Below are positions 52,936 to 62,468 of a DNA stretch of 64,000 nucleotides, one piece after another. Source of the stretch: an uncultured Acidobacteriota bacterium (lineage in GTDB: Bacteria; Acidobacteriota; Thermoanaerobaculia; UBA5066; Gp7-AA6); contig CAVXTP010000021.1 of the NCBI GenBank assembly GCA_963764715.1, positions 192,001 to 256,000 on the forward strand. The letters are read 5' to 3'. Position numbers and translations under genes: made by a program. Under the pieces are notes generated by a model. The model saw nothing but the letters and a program-made list of their open reading frames with translations. It had not been told where the DNA came from and ran no database searches. Position 1 is the stretch's first letter; each line of letters begins with the position of its first letter.

Positions 52936-55900
52936 ATGTACCGAAACGCCGCGGCCCGCCTCTCGACTTTCATCGTCTCGATCGGGACCGCCGTCCTTCT
53001 CGCCGCGGCGCCCGCTTCCGCGAGCGACCGGCCGCTCGGAAAGACGCCCACCGTGGGGTTCTCCGCGCGGCACGCGAAGTCTTCGCGACTCTCGAGCTAT
53101 CGCGCCGTCGGCCCCGTCCGGCCCCGCCCGAATCGCGAGATCCTGAACGAGGCCACGCCGAAGAAGGGCGCGGGCGCGGCGACGCGCGGGATCGACCCCG
53201 TGCTCCAGAGCCGGTTCGGTCTCTCGCAGCCGGAGCCCTCGGTGCAGTTCGAGGGCGCCTCGGACGACGACAACGCCGCGGTGCTCGGCCAGCGCACCGT
53301 GCCTCCCGACACCGAGGGCGACGTCGGGCCGAACCACTACATCCAGTACATCAACAACGTCGCCGTCATGTACGACAAGTCCGGCAACATCGTCCTCGGG
53401 CCGATCCCCGGCAACGCCTTCTGGGCCGGGCTCGGCGGCCCCTGCGAGATCCAGAACGACGGCGATCCGCTGGTGCGCTACGACCGGCAGGCCGACCGGT
53501 GGGTGTTCTCGCAGTTCGCGCTTCCCAACTTCCCCGACGGCCCCTTCTACCAGTGCTTCGCGGTCTCGACGACGAACGATCCGACCGGCGAGTACTGGCA
53601 GTACGAGTTCGAGACCAGCGACACCTTCTTCACCGACTACGGAAAGCTCGGCGTGTGGCCCGATGCCTACTACATGTCCTTCAACATGTTCGGGCCCGCC
53701 GGGGAGTTTCAGGGAGGCGCGTACGCCTTCGACCGCGCCGCGATGCTCGCCGGCGCGCCCGCGGGGATGATCGCCTTCGACACGGGCGCCCAGGGCGGAG
53801 CCCTGCCGTCGGACCTCGACGGGCCGACGCCTCCGCCCGCCGGTTCCCCGAACTACTTCATGACCTTCGACGTCAATCCCGCGCGGCTGCTCGAGTGGCA
53901 GTTCCACGTCGACTGGACGACCCCCGGCGACAGCACCTTCACCGGCCCCGTCGAGATCCCCGTCGCCGACTTCGTGTACCCGGTGTGCGACGCGTTCCGC
54001 GGCCAGTGCGTTCCCCAGTTCGAGACGTCCGAGAAGCTCGAGACCCTGGACGACAAGCTGATGTACCGGCTGGTCTACCGCAACTTCGGCGACCACGAGT
54101 CGCTCGTCGTCAACCACACCGTCGGCACGGCCTCCGGCGCCGCGGCCCCGCGGTGGTACGAGATCCGCGACCCGGGCGACGCGCCCGTGCTGTACCAGCA
54201 GGGGACCTACGCGCCTGACGCGGCCTTCCGCTGGATGGGCTCGATCGCGATGGACGGCAACGGCAACATGGCCCTCGGCTACTCGAAGTCGAGCTCCACG
54301 ATGTACCCGTCGATCGGAATCACGGGCCGGCTCGCCGGCGACCCGCTCGGCCTGATGGGCGCCGAGGACGTGTGGTTCGCGGGCGGCGGCAGCCAGATCG
54401 CGAGCTCGAGCCGGTGGGGCGACTACAGCACGATGTCGATCGATCCGGCCGACGACTGCACGTTCTGGTACACGCAGGAGTACTACGCCGAGAGCGGCAG
54501 CTTCGACTTCAAGACGCGGATCGGCGCGTTCCGGTTTGCGAGCTGCACGGGCGGGCCCGCGGGATCCCTCGAAGGAACGGTCTCCGGCGATTCGGGGCCG
54601 ATCGAAGGCGCGACGGTGGAAGCGTCGCCGCAGGCGCTCGCCGCCGGCGCGTCGTCCACGACGACCGACGACGCCGGGCACTACCGGTTCCTGACGCTGC
54701 CGGCCGGCGCCTACGACGTGACCGCGTCGAAGTACGGCTACGCGCCTTCGACGGTCGCGGGCGTTCCGGTCGCGGCCGGGGCGAACACGGTGCAGGACTT
54801 CGTGCTCGCCGCGAGCCGAAACGTTCTCGTGAACGGAACCGTCAAGGACGGCTCGGGCCACGGCTGGCCGCTCTACGCGCGGCTCGTGGTGTCCGGCCCG
54901 AACGGGTTCCCGGGCGCGACGCTCTTCACCGATCCGGTCACGGGCTACTACGCGATCACGCTGCCGGCCGGATTCACCTACGACTTCGCGGTCACCGCGC
55001 TCGTCCCGGGCTACGCCCCGGGCGGCGGTCCCCTCGCCGTCACGGTCCCGGCGGCGCCCGCGGCTTCGGGCGGCCTCGTCGCCAACTGGACCGTGTCCGC
55101 GGCGCCGTCCTGCACCGCGCCCGGCTACGGGCCCGGCGCCTTCGCGAATCCCCCGGCGCTCGCCGAGGGCTTCGACGCCGGCGTGATTCCGGCCGGCTGG
55201 ACCGTGCAGACGATCTCCGGAACGAGCTGGAAGGTCCGGACGGGTGCCGACGACTGCGGCCAGTTCGACGACAACCGGACCGGCGGCTCCGGGCCCTACG
55301 CGATCGTCAACAGCGCCTGCGAGTCGGTCGGCTCCGTCGACGACTCCTTCCTCGAGAGCCCGCCGATCGACCTGACCGGCCGCTCGAGAGCGGCGATCCG
55401 GTGGGCGAACGACCTGATCAACTTCGGCTCGGGCGCCATTTCGAGCGTCGACGCGAGCGCCGACGGCGGCGCCACCTGGCGAAACGTCTGGCGGGAGACG
55501 GGGCCCGACCTGCCCGGACCGGGCACGCAGATCGCGGACATGTCGTTTGCGGCCGGGCAGCCGGACGCCCGCGTGCGCTTCCACTACGAAGCCTTCTTCG
55601 GCGGATGGTGGCAGGTGGACGACGTGGCCGTGGGCGCGTTCACATGCGACGTGCTTCCCGGCGGCCTCGCGGTCGGGAACGTCACCGACATCAACACCGA
55701 TGCGGCCTTGAACGGCGCGACAGTGCTCAACCTGCCCGGACGACGGCTCGACGACGACGTTCTCGACTCCCGACGATCCTTCCGAGGGCGACGGGTTTTA
55801 CGCCCTCTTCGCCGGGAGCGGGTCGCAGCCCTTCGAGGCCTCGTACCCGGCTTACGAGCCGTCGACGAAGAGCGTCATCGTCGTTCCCGAACGCCACGGT

Positions 55901-57701
55901 GCGCCTCGACTTCGCGCTCAAGTCCGGCCGGCTCTCGGCGAGCCCCCGGCCGCTGTCGATGTTCATGAGCCCCGGGGGGACACAGGCGCTGACGCTGAAC
56001 CTGACCAACACCGGCACCGCCAGCGGCGGCTACGTCATCCGCGAGGTCGACGTGCCGCCCTCGAGCCTGGTCCCGGCGGGTCCCGCGACGTTCGCCGACC
56101 CGGCGGACGTCCGGGCGGCGCTCCGGCGGGTGGGGTTCTCCCGGTTGAACGACCCGGACCGGACCGGCGTGCCGGCTCCGCCCAAGGCCCCGACCAACGT
56201 TCCGCAACTGGCGCAGGCGGGCAATGTCCTCAGTTCATTCCCGACGGGCCTTTCCGAGGGCCGTGGCCTCGCGTACGACACGGACGCCGACAGGCTCTGG
56301 ATCTCCGACCCCAATGCGCCCGAGATCTTCGTGTTCGGCGACGGCTTCAACCACCAGTACCTTCCCGACGGGACTTCGACCGGCGACACGATCGACATTC
56401 ACGACACGGGCGGCCTCCTGCAGGCCGACGGGACCTACAACGGACGGACCGGAATGCTCTGGCAGGTGAACGTGGGAGGCGACAACTGCCTCTTCGAGAT
56501 GGATCCGGTCGCGAAGGTCGTGACGGGCAGGAAAATCTGCGGCTCGTGGACGGCCAACTCGCAGCGCGCCGTGGCCTACGACTACTCGACGGACACCTAC
56601 TACGTGGGCGGAAACAACGAAGCCACGGTCTACCACATCGACGGTTCCGGCGCCGTTCTCGACTCGCGGTACGTCGGTCTGGGGATGGTGGGGCTCGCGT
56701 TCAACCCGTCGACGCGGCACCTCTTCGCTCTCACCGAGTTCGCCTCGCCCTTCGAGGTCTGGGTGCTCGACGCCGCCGACCAGTACAACGTCCTCGGCGG
56801 CTTCGTCGTGACGAGCGGCGGTGCCCCCGTTCTGCAGAACGAAGGCATCAATCTGGAAGCCGACTGCAACGGCCACCTCTGGGTCAACACCCGCTTCTCG
56901 CAGATCGTCTACGAGTTCGAATCGGGGGAGACCGGCTGGTGCGTCGACGACATCCCGTGGCTTTCCGAGACGCCCTCGGCCGGATCGGTTCCGACCGGGA
57001 GCTCGCTCCCGGTGTCGGTCACGTTCGATCCGTCGGGCCTCCTTCCGGGACTGCGGCAGGGCTCGCTCATCTTCGCGACCGACACCCCGACCGGCGTCGA
57101 CCCGGTGCCGGTCGACTTCACGGTTCTGTTCAACGACGTGCCCGAGGGCAGCTTCGCCTGGAACTTCATCTACGGCGCGGCGGGGGCCGGCGTCATGCCG
57201 GGCTGCGCTCCGCAGACCCCGACGTTCACGTTCTGCCCCGACCAGGTGGTCACGCGCCGGACGATGGCCGGCTTCATCGAGCGCGCGGTCCACGGCGCGC
57301 TGACGCCGCCGCCCGTCTACCTCGGCGAGTTCGGCGACGTGCTGGCCGGCAGCTTCAACGCGAATTACATCCAGGGCCTCGTCGACGACGGGATCACGGC
57401 GGGGTGCAACGTTGCGCCGCCTCTCTACTGCCCGGATGTTCCGGTGACCCGGGCGCAGATGGCGGTCTTCGTATGGAAGGGGCAGCACGGCTCGCAGGAA
57501 CCGCCACCCTGCACGCCGCCCGGGACCTTCGGCGATGTGCCGTGCCCGGGAGGGTTCGCGGTCGACTACATCGAGGGAATCGCCGCCGAGGGAATCACCG
57601 TCGGCTGCGGCGACGGCAACTACTGCCCGAATGCGACCATCACGAACGCCCAGATGGCGGCGTTCCTGGTGAAGGCGTTCCAGCTCCCGTACCTCCCATG
57701 A
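52936..57701 (+). CDS. Large surface protein (uncharacterised N-domain, carboxypeptidase-regulatory-like, jelly-roll, propeller, Cys-rich SLH); two frameshifts as given
   Basis: GGAGGA RBS and signal peptide; removing one base near 55735-55739 and one near 55886-55888 restores collinearity with the downstream paralog (1587 aa); VTRAQMAVF and ITNAQMAAFL SLH motifs. Confidence 0.85.
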
Positions 57702-57733
57702 GGTCCGTCATGAAGAAACAGGAAGGAACTGCC

Positions 57734-60703
57734 ATGAGCCCCCTGAGAATGAGACGGATCGCCGGCTTGATGTTCTGCGCGGCCATGCTCGGAGCGAGTG
57801 CGGCGCATGCCGGCTCGCCGAGCGTCCACGTGAGCGGCACGGTCACGGACGGCTCGGGCCACGGCTGGCCGCTCTACGCGCGCATCGAGATCACGTCGGA
57901 GTTCACCGAGCCCGTCGTCGTCTACGCGGACCCCGTCACCGGCGCGTATGCCGCCGATCTTCCGGACGCCACGTCCTACGCGTTCGCCGTGACGGCCGTC
58001 GGCCCGGGCTACGCGCCGGGCGGCGGACCCGTCGTGACGGCCGGCTCGGCCGTCGTCGCCAACTGGGCTCTCTTCGCCTCGGCGCTCTGCATCGCGCCGG
58101 GCTACGGTCCGGGCAGCTACGGGCCTCCCGTGTTGAGCGAGAGCTTCGATGGCGGCGTGATTCCGCCGGGCTGGAGCGTGGAGACGGTTTCCGGCGTGAG
58201 CTGGGAAGTCATGGCGGGGGCCGATCCCTGCGGGCTCTTCGACGGAAACCGGACCGGCGGGTCCGGGCCGTTCGCCATCGTCAACAGCGACTGCGGATTT
58301 TCGTTCGACGACACCTACCTCGTGACGCCGCCGATCGACCTGTCGGCGAGCCCGAACGCCGCCATCCGCTGGGCGAACGACTTCATCGACACCGGTTTCG
58401 GCGACATCGCCGAGGTGGACGTCTCGACCGACGGAGGCGCGACGTGGGCGAACGTCTGGAAGGCGCCCGGAGGCGTCCCGGGCCCCGGCACCATCACCGC
58501 GGACATGTCGTTCGCGGCGGGACACGCCGCCGTCCAGGCGCGCTTTCACTATCAGCAGTTCTTCGGCTTCTGGTGGCAGGTCGACGACGTGTCGATCGGT
58601 CCCTTCGCCTGCCCGGTCCTGCCCGGCGGCCTCGTGGTCGGCCACGTCACCGACGCCAACACGAGTCTCGGGTTGAACGGCGCGACGGTCGAGAACCTCG
58701 GGGACGCCAGCTCGGCGAAGACCGTGGCCGCGCCGGGGCAGGGCGACGGCTTCTACTCTCTCTTCGCCGCGGGAAGCGGCTCGCAGGGCTTCGAGGCCTC
58801 GGCGAAACTCCATGCCTCCCTGACGAAGAATGCGGCGATCGCGACCAATGCCGTGGTGAATCTCGACTTCTCGCTCGCGGCGGGGCGTCTCGAGGCCGCT
58901 CCCCGGCCGCTCTCGGCGGTGGTGGGCCCCGGCGGCAAGCAGTCCCTGACGCTCGACGTGACCAACACCGGGACCGGCGACGGGACCTTCGTTCTTCACG
59001 AGGTCGACCTGCCGCCGGCGGGCGCCCCGACGGCCTCGAGGCCGGCCCCGATCGACAGCCCCGAGGATCGGCGCGCGGCACGGAGGCGCCTTCCGTTCGG
59101 CCGGTTCGACGCGACGGACTCCCTCGGGCCGCTGCCGAACGCGCCGGCGAACGTGCCGCTCGCCGGGGGCGCGGGCAACGTCATCGGCTCCTTCCCGACC
59201 GGGCTCTCCTACGCCTACGGCCTGGCGTACGACTCCGACTCCCACCGGCTCTGGATCTCCAGCTCCTCGGTCGACGGAGCGGGCAATGTCCTGGGCGACG
59301 GCCTCGACCACGAGTACATGCCGGACGGCACGCCCACCGGCGAGACGATCGACCTCGCGGACGCGCCGAGTCCCTGGCAGGGCGACGGCACCTACAACGC
59401 GCGGACCGGAATGATCTGGCAGACCGGAATCGCCTTTCGCACCGACGCCGGTCCCCAGTGCATCTTCGAGATCGATCCGGTCGTGAGGACCGTCACGGGC
59501 AACCGGATCTGCGGGCCCTGGGGGAATTGGCCGCCGCTCGTCGGGCTGGCCTACGACTACGCGACCGACACGTACTACGCGGGCGATTCGCTCGGCAACA
59601 TCAAGCACGTCGACGCCGCCGGAACCGTCCTCGATGAGGGCTCGATCGGGCTGCAGATCACGGGGCTCGCGTACAACCCGACCTCGCGGATCCTGTACGT
59701 CGGCACCTACCAGAACAGTCCGTACGACATCTGGCTGGTGGATCCGGCGGGCGGCTATGCCGTCCTGAGCGGCTTCTCCGTCAAGAGCAACGGCGTCCCC
59801 GTGCTCAACGCTTCGGGTGCGAGCCTCGAGGCCGACTGCGACGGTCACCTCTGGGTCTACCACGTGTTCGACAACAAGGTCCTCGAGTTCGAGTCGGGCG
59901 CGCGCGGCTGGTGCGTCTCCGAGATTCCGTGGCTCACGGAGGACCCCGCGTCCGGCACCGTCCCCGGCTCCGGCGGCGGCTCGCGCCCGACCGGCGGCGG
60001 CAACACGCTGCCGGTGACGGTCACGTTCGACGCGGCGGGCCTCGCGCCCGGGCTCCGACTGCGGTCGCTCGTCTTCACGACGGACACGCCGGACCCGGTC
60101 GCTCCGGTCCCGGTCGATTTCACCGTCCTCTTCAACGACGTGCCGCAGGGCAGCTTCGCCTGGAACTTCATCTACGGCGCGGCGGGCGCCGGCGTCATGC
60201 CGGGCTGCAATCCGTACGCGCCCTCGTTCGTCTTCTGCCCCAACGAGGTCGTCACCCGACGGAGCATGGCCGGCTACATCGAGCGCGCCATGCACGGCGC
60301 GCTGAGTCCGCCCCCCGTCTACCCGGGCGAGTTCGACGACGTCCTGCTCGGCAGCTTCAACGCCGACTACATCCAGGGTCTGGTCGAGGACGGCATCACG
60401 GCCGGCTGCAACGTCGCGCCGCCGCTCTACTGCCCGGAGTCGCCGGTCACGCGGGCGCAGATGGCGGTCTTCGTGTGGAAGGGTCAGCATGGCGCACAGC
60501 CGCCGCCGCCCTGCACGCCGCCCGGAACTTTCGCGGACGTGCCGTGCCCGGGCGGGTTCGCGGTCGACTACGTCGAGGCGATTGCCGCCGAGGGAATCAC
60601 GGCCGGGTGCGGCGGCGGGAACTACTGCCCGAACGCCAGCATCACCAATGCGCAGATGGCCGTGTTCCTCGTGAAGGCGTTCCAGATCCCGTACCTGCCG
60701 TAG
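57734..60703 (+). CDS. SLH-domain surface protein, paralog lacking the N-terminal domain
   Basis: GAAGGA RBS; signal peptide; DGSGHGWPLYAR to the C-terminus collinear with the upstream gene; alternative starts 57698 and 57710. Confidence 0.88.
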   Translation: MSPLRMRRIAGLMFCAAMLGASAAHAGSPSVHVSGTVTDGSGHGWPLYARIEITSEFTEPVVVYADPVTGAYAADLPDATSYAFAVTAVGPGYAPGGGPVVTAGSAVVANWALFASALCIAPGYGPGSYGPPVLSESFDGGVIPPGWSVETVSGVSWEVMAGADPCGLFDGNRTGGSGPFAIVNSDCGFSFDDTYLVTPPIDLSASPNAAIRWANDFIDTGFGDIAEVDVSTDGGATWANVWKAPGGVPGPGTITADMSFAAGHAAVQARFHYQQFFGFWWQVDDVSIGPFACPVLPGGLVVGHVTDANTSLGLNGATVENLGDASSAKTVAAPGQGDGFYSLFAAGSGSQGFEASAKLHASLTKNAAIATNAVVNLDFSLAAGRLEAAPRPLSAVVGPGGKQSLTLDVTNTGTGDGTFVLHEVDLPPAGAPTASRPAPIDSPEDRRAARRRLPFGRFDATDSLGPLPNAPANVPLAGGAGNVIGSFPTGLSYAYGLAYDSDSHRLWISSSSVDGAGNVLGDGLDHEYMPDGTPTGETIDLADAPSPWQGDGTYNARTGMIWQTGIAFRTDAGPQCIFEIDPVVRTVTGNRICGPWGNWPPLVGLAYDYATDTYYAGDSLGNIKHVDAAGTVLDEGSIGLQITGLAYNPTSRILYVGTYQNSPYDIWLVDPAGGYAVLSGFSVKSNGVPVLNASGASLEADCDGHLWVYHVFDNKVLEFESGARGWCVSEIPWLTEDPASGTVPGSGGGSRPTGGGNTLPVTVTFDAAGLAPGLRLRSLVFTTDTPDPVAPVPVDFTVLFNDVPQGSFAWNFIYGAAGAGVMPGCNPYAPSFVFCPNEVVTRRSMAGYIERAMHGALSPPPVYPGEFDDVLLGSFNADYIQGLVEDGITAGCNVAPPLYCPESPVTRAQMAVFVWKGQHGAQPPPPCTPPGTFADVPCPGGFAVDYVEAIAAEGITAGCGGGNYCPNASITNAQMAVFLVKAFQIPYLP

Positions 60704-60724
60704 GGTAAGGAACAGTTGAGTTAC

Positions 60725-60767
60725 CGCCGGGACGAACGCGGGTCTTCGACCCGCGTTTAGCCCGGCG
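60725..60767 (+). terminator. Strong hairpin after the SLH genes (terminator or REP-like)
   Basis: AACGCGGGTC-TTC-GACCCGCGTT core with outer CGCCGGG/CCCGGCG; weak U tract. Confidence 0.5.
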
Positions 60768-60803
60768 TCCCCTACTGCCGTGGGTTTGCCTCTGGTGGTC
60801 GGG

Positions 60804-60832
60804 TTGACCTTCCGGGGCCATCCTTAGATAAT
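60804..60832 (+). promoter_or_regulatory. Sigma70-type promoter of tRNA-Gln
   Basis: TTGACC-N17-GATAAT followed by a GC-rich discriminator. Confidence 0.7.
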
Positions 60833-60850
60833 CCGCGTCCCCCGGACGAC

Positions 60851-60924
60851 TGGGAGGTCGTTCAATGGTAGGACAACTGGCTCTGGACCAGTGAATCGGG
60901 GTTCGAGTCCCTGCCTCCCAGCCA
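60851..60924 (+). tRNA. tRNA-Gln (anticodon CTG)
   Basis: Acceptor TGGGAGG/CCTCCCA, anticodon arm ACTGG-CTCTGGA-CCAGT, GTTCGA T-loop, encoded CCA. Confidence 0.97.
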
Positions 60925-60929
60925 AATCA

Positions 60930-61085
60930 CGTCGCTACGCGCTTCGCTTCGGGTCTGCGCCTGACGGCGCACCGGCTCGCGGCTCGCCTGTGGGCTCGAC
61001 CGCGAGCCTGACCCTGCGCTCCGCGCGTCGCTTCCGCATCGCGGACCTCCTCCCTCCCTCCGGTCGGGAGACTTTCCGCGATGCG
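60930..61085 (+). repeat. Structured intergenic element, copy B
   Basis: Same stems and conserved loops as the reverse complement of 39359-39514. Confidence 0.75.
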
Positions 61086-61270
61086 AGCGGTTGAACTCTC
61101 ACGGCTCCCTCGCTTCGCACGGCGTTCCCTACTGCCGGGGGTCTGCGTCAGCGCCGCGCTGTGCACGGCGCTCGCTACTGCCGGGGGTATGCCTTCGCGG
61201 GTCGGGTCGGTGGTAGGGTCACGCCGCGAACGGATGTTCTTTGCGGGGCGGGTGTCAGGGGCCCTCGGTC

Positions 61271-61295
61271 GTAGGGGCGGGGCTTGTCCCCGCCC
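61271..61295 (+). repeat. GTAG-type REP-like palindrome
   Basis: GTAG-GGGCGGGG-CTTGT-CCCCGCCC. Confidence 0.65.
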
Positions 61296-61355
61296 TCTTG
61301 AAGGCGCGACTACTCTTGACGCGGGCGTGGACCCGGCGGATGGAGCGTCGTGGCG

Positions 61356-62357
61356 TCAGCGGGTGGGGCGGGAGCGGGGGCTTTTGCGCCAGTGGGCGAG
61401 GTCCAGGATGAAGGTCTCGATCCGGCGGTCCCAGGTGTGCTCGCGGAGGGCGCGCTGGCGGGCCCGGCGGCCCATGGCGAGCCGTGCGGGCTCGTCGGCG
61501 AGGACCGCCGCGGCCGCCGCGACGACGTCGTCCTTGGACGGGAAGACGGCGATCTCGACGCCCGGCGCGAACGACTCGGGAAGGCGCGGGAAGGACTCGA
61601 TGAGGCTCGGGACGCCGCAGGAGGCGGCGAAGAAGGCGCGCGGCGTGATCCGGTACGTTCCGCGGTACTTTCCGTGGACATCGTCGACGAGCGCGGTCTC
61701 CAGAGCGACGCGAGCGCCGTTCAGGGCCGCGCAGAGCGCGTCGGGGGTCTCGAGCGGCGGGCGCACCGGGACGCTCCAGCGCGTGTCGCCGGCGTACGCG
61801 TGGACCCGGACGGAGAAGCGGGACGCGAGCGCCGTCACGAGATCGTTGCGGTAAGGCGTCCACTTTCCGTAGTAGAGGATGTCGCACTCGGCCGCGGTCT
61901 TCAGCGGCCGGTAGAGCTCGGGGTCGGTCGCCGGGTCGCAGCGCCGGGCGGCGATCCCGCGGCCTTCGTAGTCGTGCAGCGTCTGCGGGTCCTGCGTGTA
62001 GAAGAGGTCGAACTCGGGGGCGATCGCAAACGAGGCCTCGAGCCCGTACGGGTCGGAGAGGGCGAAGCCCGCGATGGCCGTCGAGCGCGAGAGCGCGCGC
62101 CGCGCATGCTTCGAGAAGTGCAGGCCGCCGCCGAGGCAGACGACGGCCTCGGGCGGGGGATCGGTGTGGGCGAGCACGGCGTCGTCGGGAACGAGGGCCG
62201 GCTTCGCGCCCCCCGTCGGCACGAAGCCCGGGACCTGCGCGGGCTCGACGAGCACGGTCTTGAAGGCCCTCTGGAACGCGCGCAGCGGGGGATAAAGGTT
62301 GTTGCAGAAGGGCGGCTGGCTGACGTTGCCGAAGAGCACCAGGTCGGCGCCGCTCAA
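61356..62357 (-). CDS. Glycosyltransferase (CgeB / Glyco_trans_1_2-like)
   Basis: TTG start after AGGAG; ATDPELYRP, ITPRAFFAASCG, ALREHTWDRR. Confidence 0.85.
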   Translation of the reverse strand: MSGADLVLFGNVSQPPFCNNLYPPLRAFQRAFKTVLVEPAQVPGFVPTGGAKPALVPDDAVLAHTDPPPEAVVCLGGGLHFSKHARRALSRSTAIAGFALSDPYGLEASFAIAPEFDLFYTQDPQTLHDYEGRGIAARRCDPATDPELYRPLKTAAECDILYYGKWTPYRNDLVTALASRFSVRVHAYAGDTRWSVPVRPPLETPDALCAALNGARVALETALVDDVHGKYRGTYRITPRAFFAASCGVPSLIESFPRLPESFAPGVEIAVFPSKDDVVAAAAAVLADEPARLAMGRRARQRALREHTWDRRIETFILDLAHWRKSPRSRPTR

Positions 62358-62468
62358 CGCGCGCTCCTGTTCGAACGGACAGGCGTCGTCGGGTCGGCGT
62401 TCACGTCACCTTAAATGTACGACGGAACGGCGCGCGGCCGTCGTGCGCTGCCCTACAATCGAGCGCCG

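Larger units (their letters stand above)
60763..61193. repeat. Three imperfect 28-bp direct repeats (60763-60790, 61120-61147, 61166-61193)
   Basis: Consensus CGGCGYYCSCTACTGCCGKGGGTHTGCS. Confidence 0.75.

Noticed and set aside
55735-55888. Programmed ribosomal frameshifting in the SLH gene
   Set aside because: No slippery heptamer, two shifts would be needed, and the paralog is continuous
60763-61193. CRISPR array from the 28-bp repeats
   Set aside because: Only three degenerate copies, irregular spacing (329 and 18 nt), a tRNA in between, no cas genes
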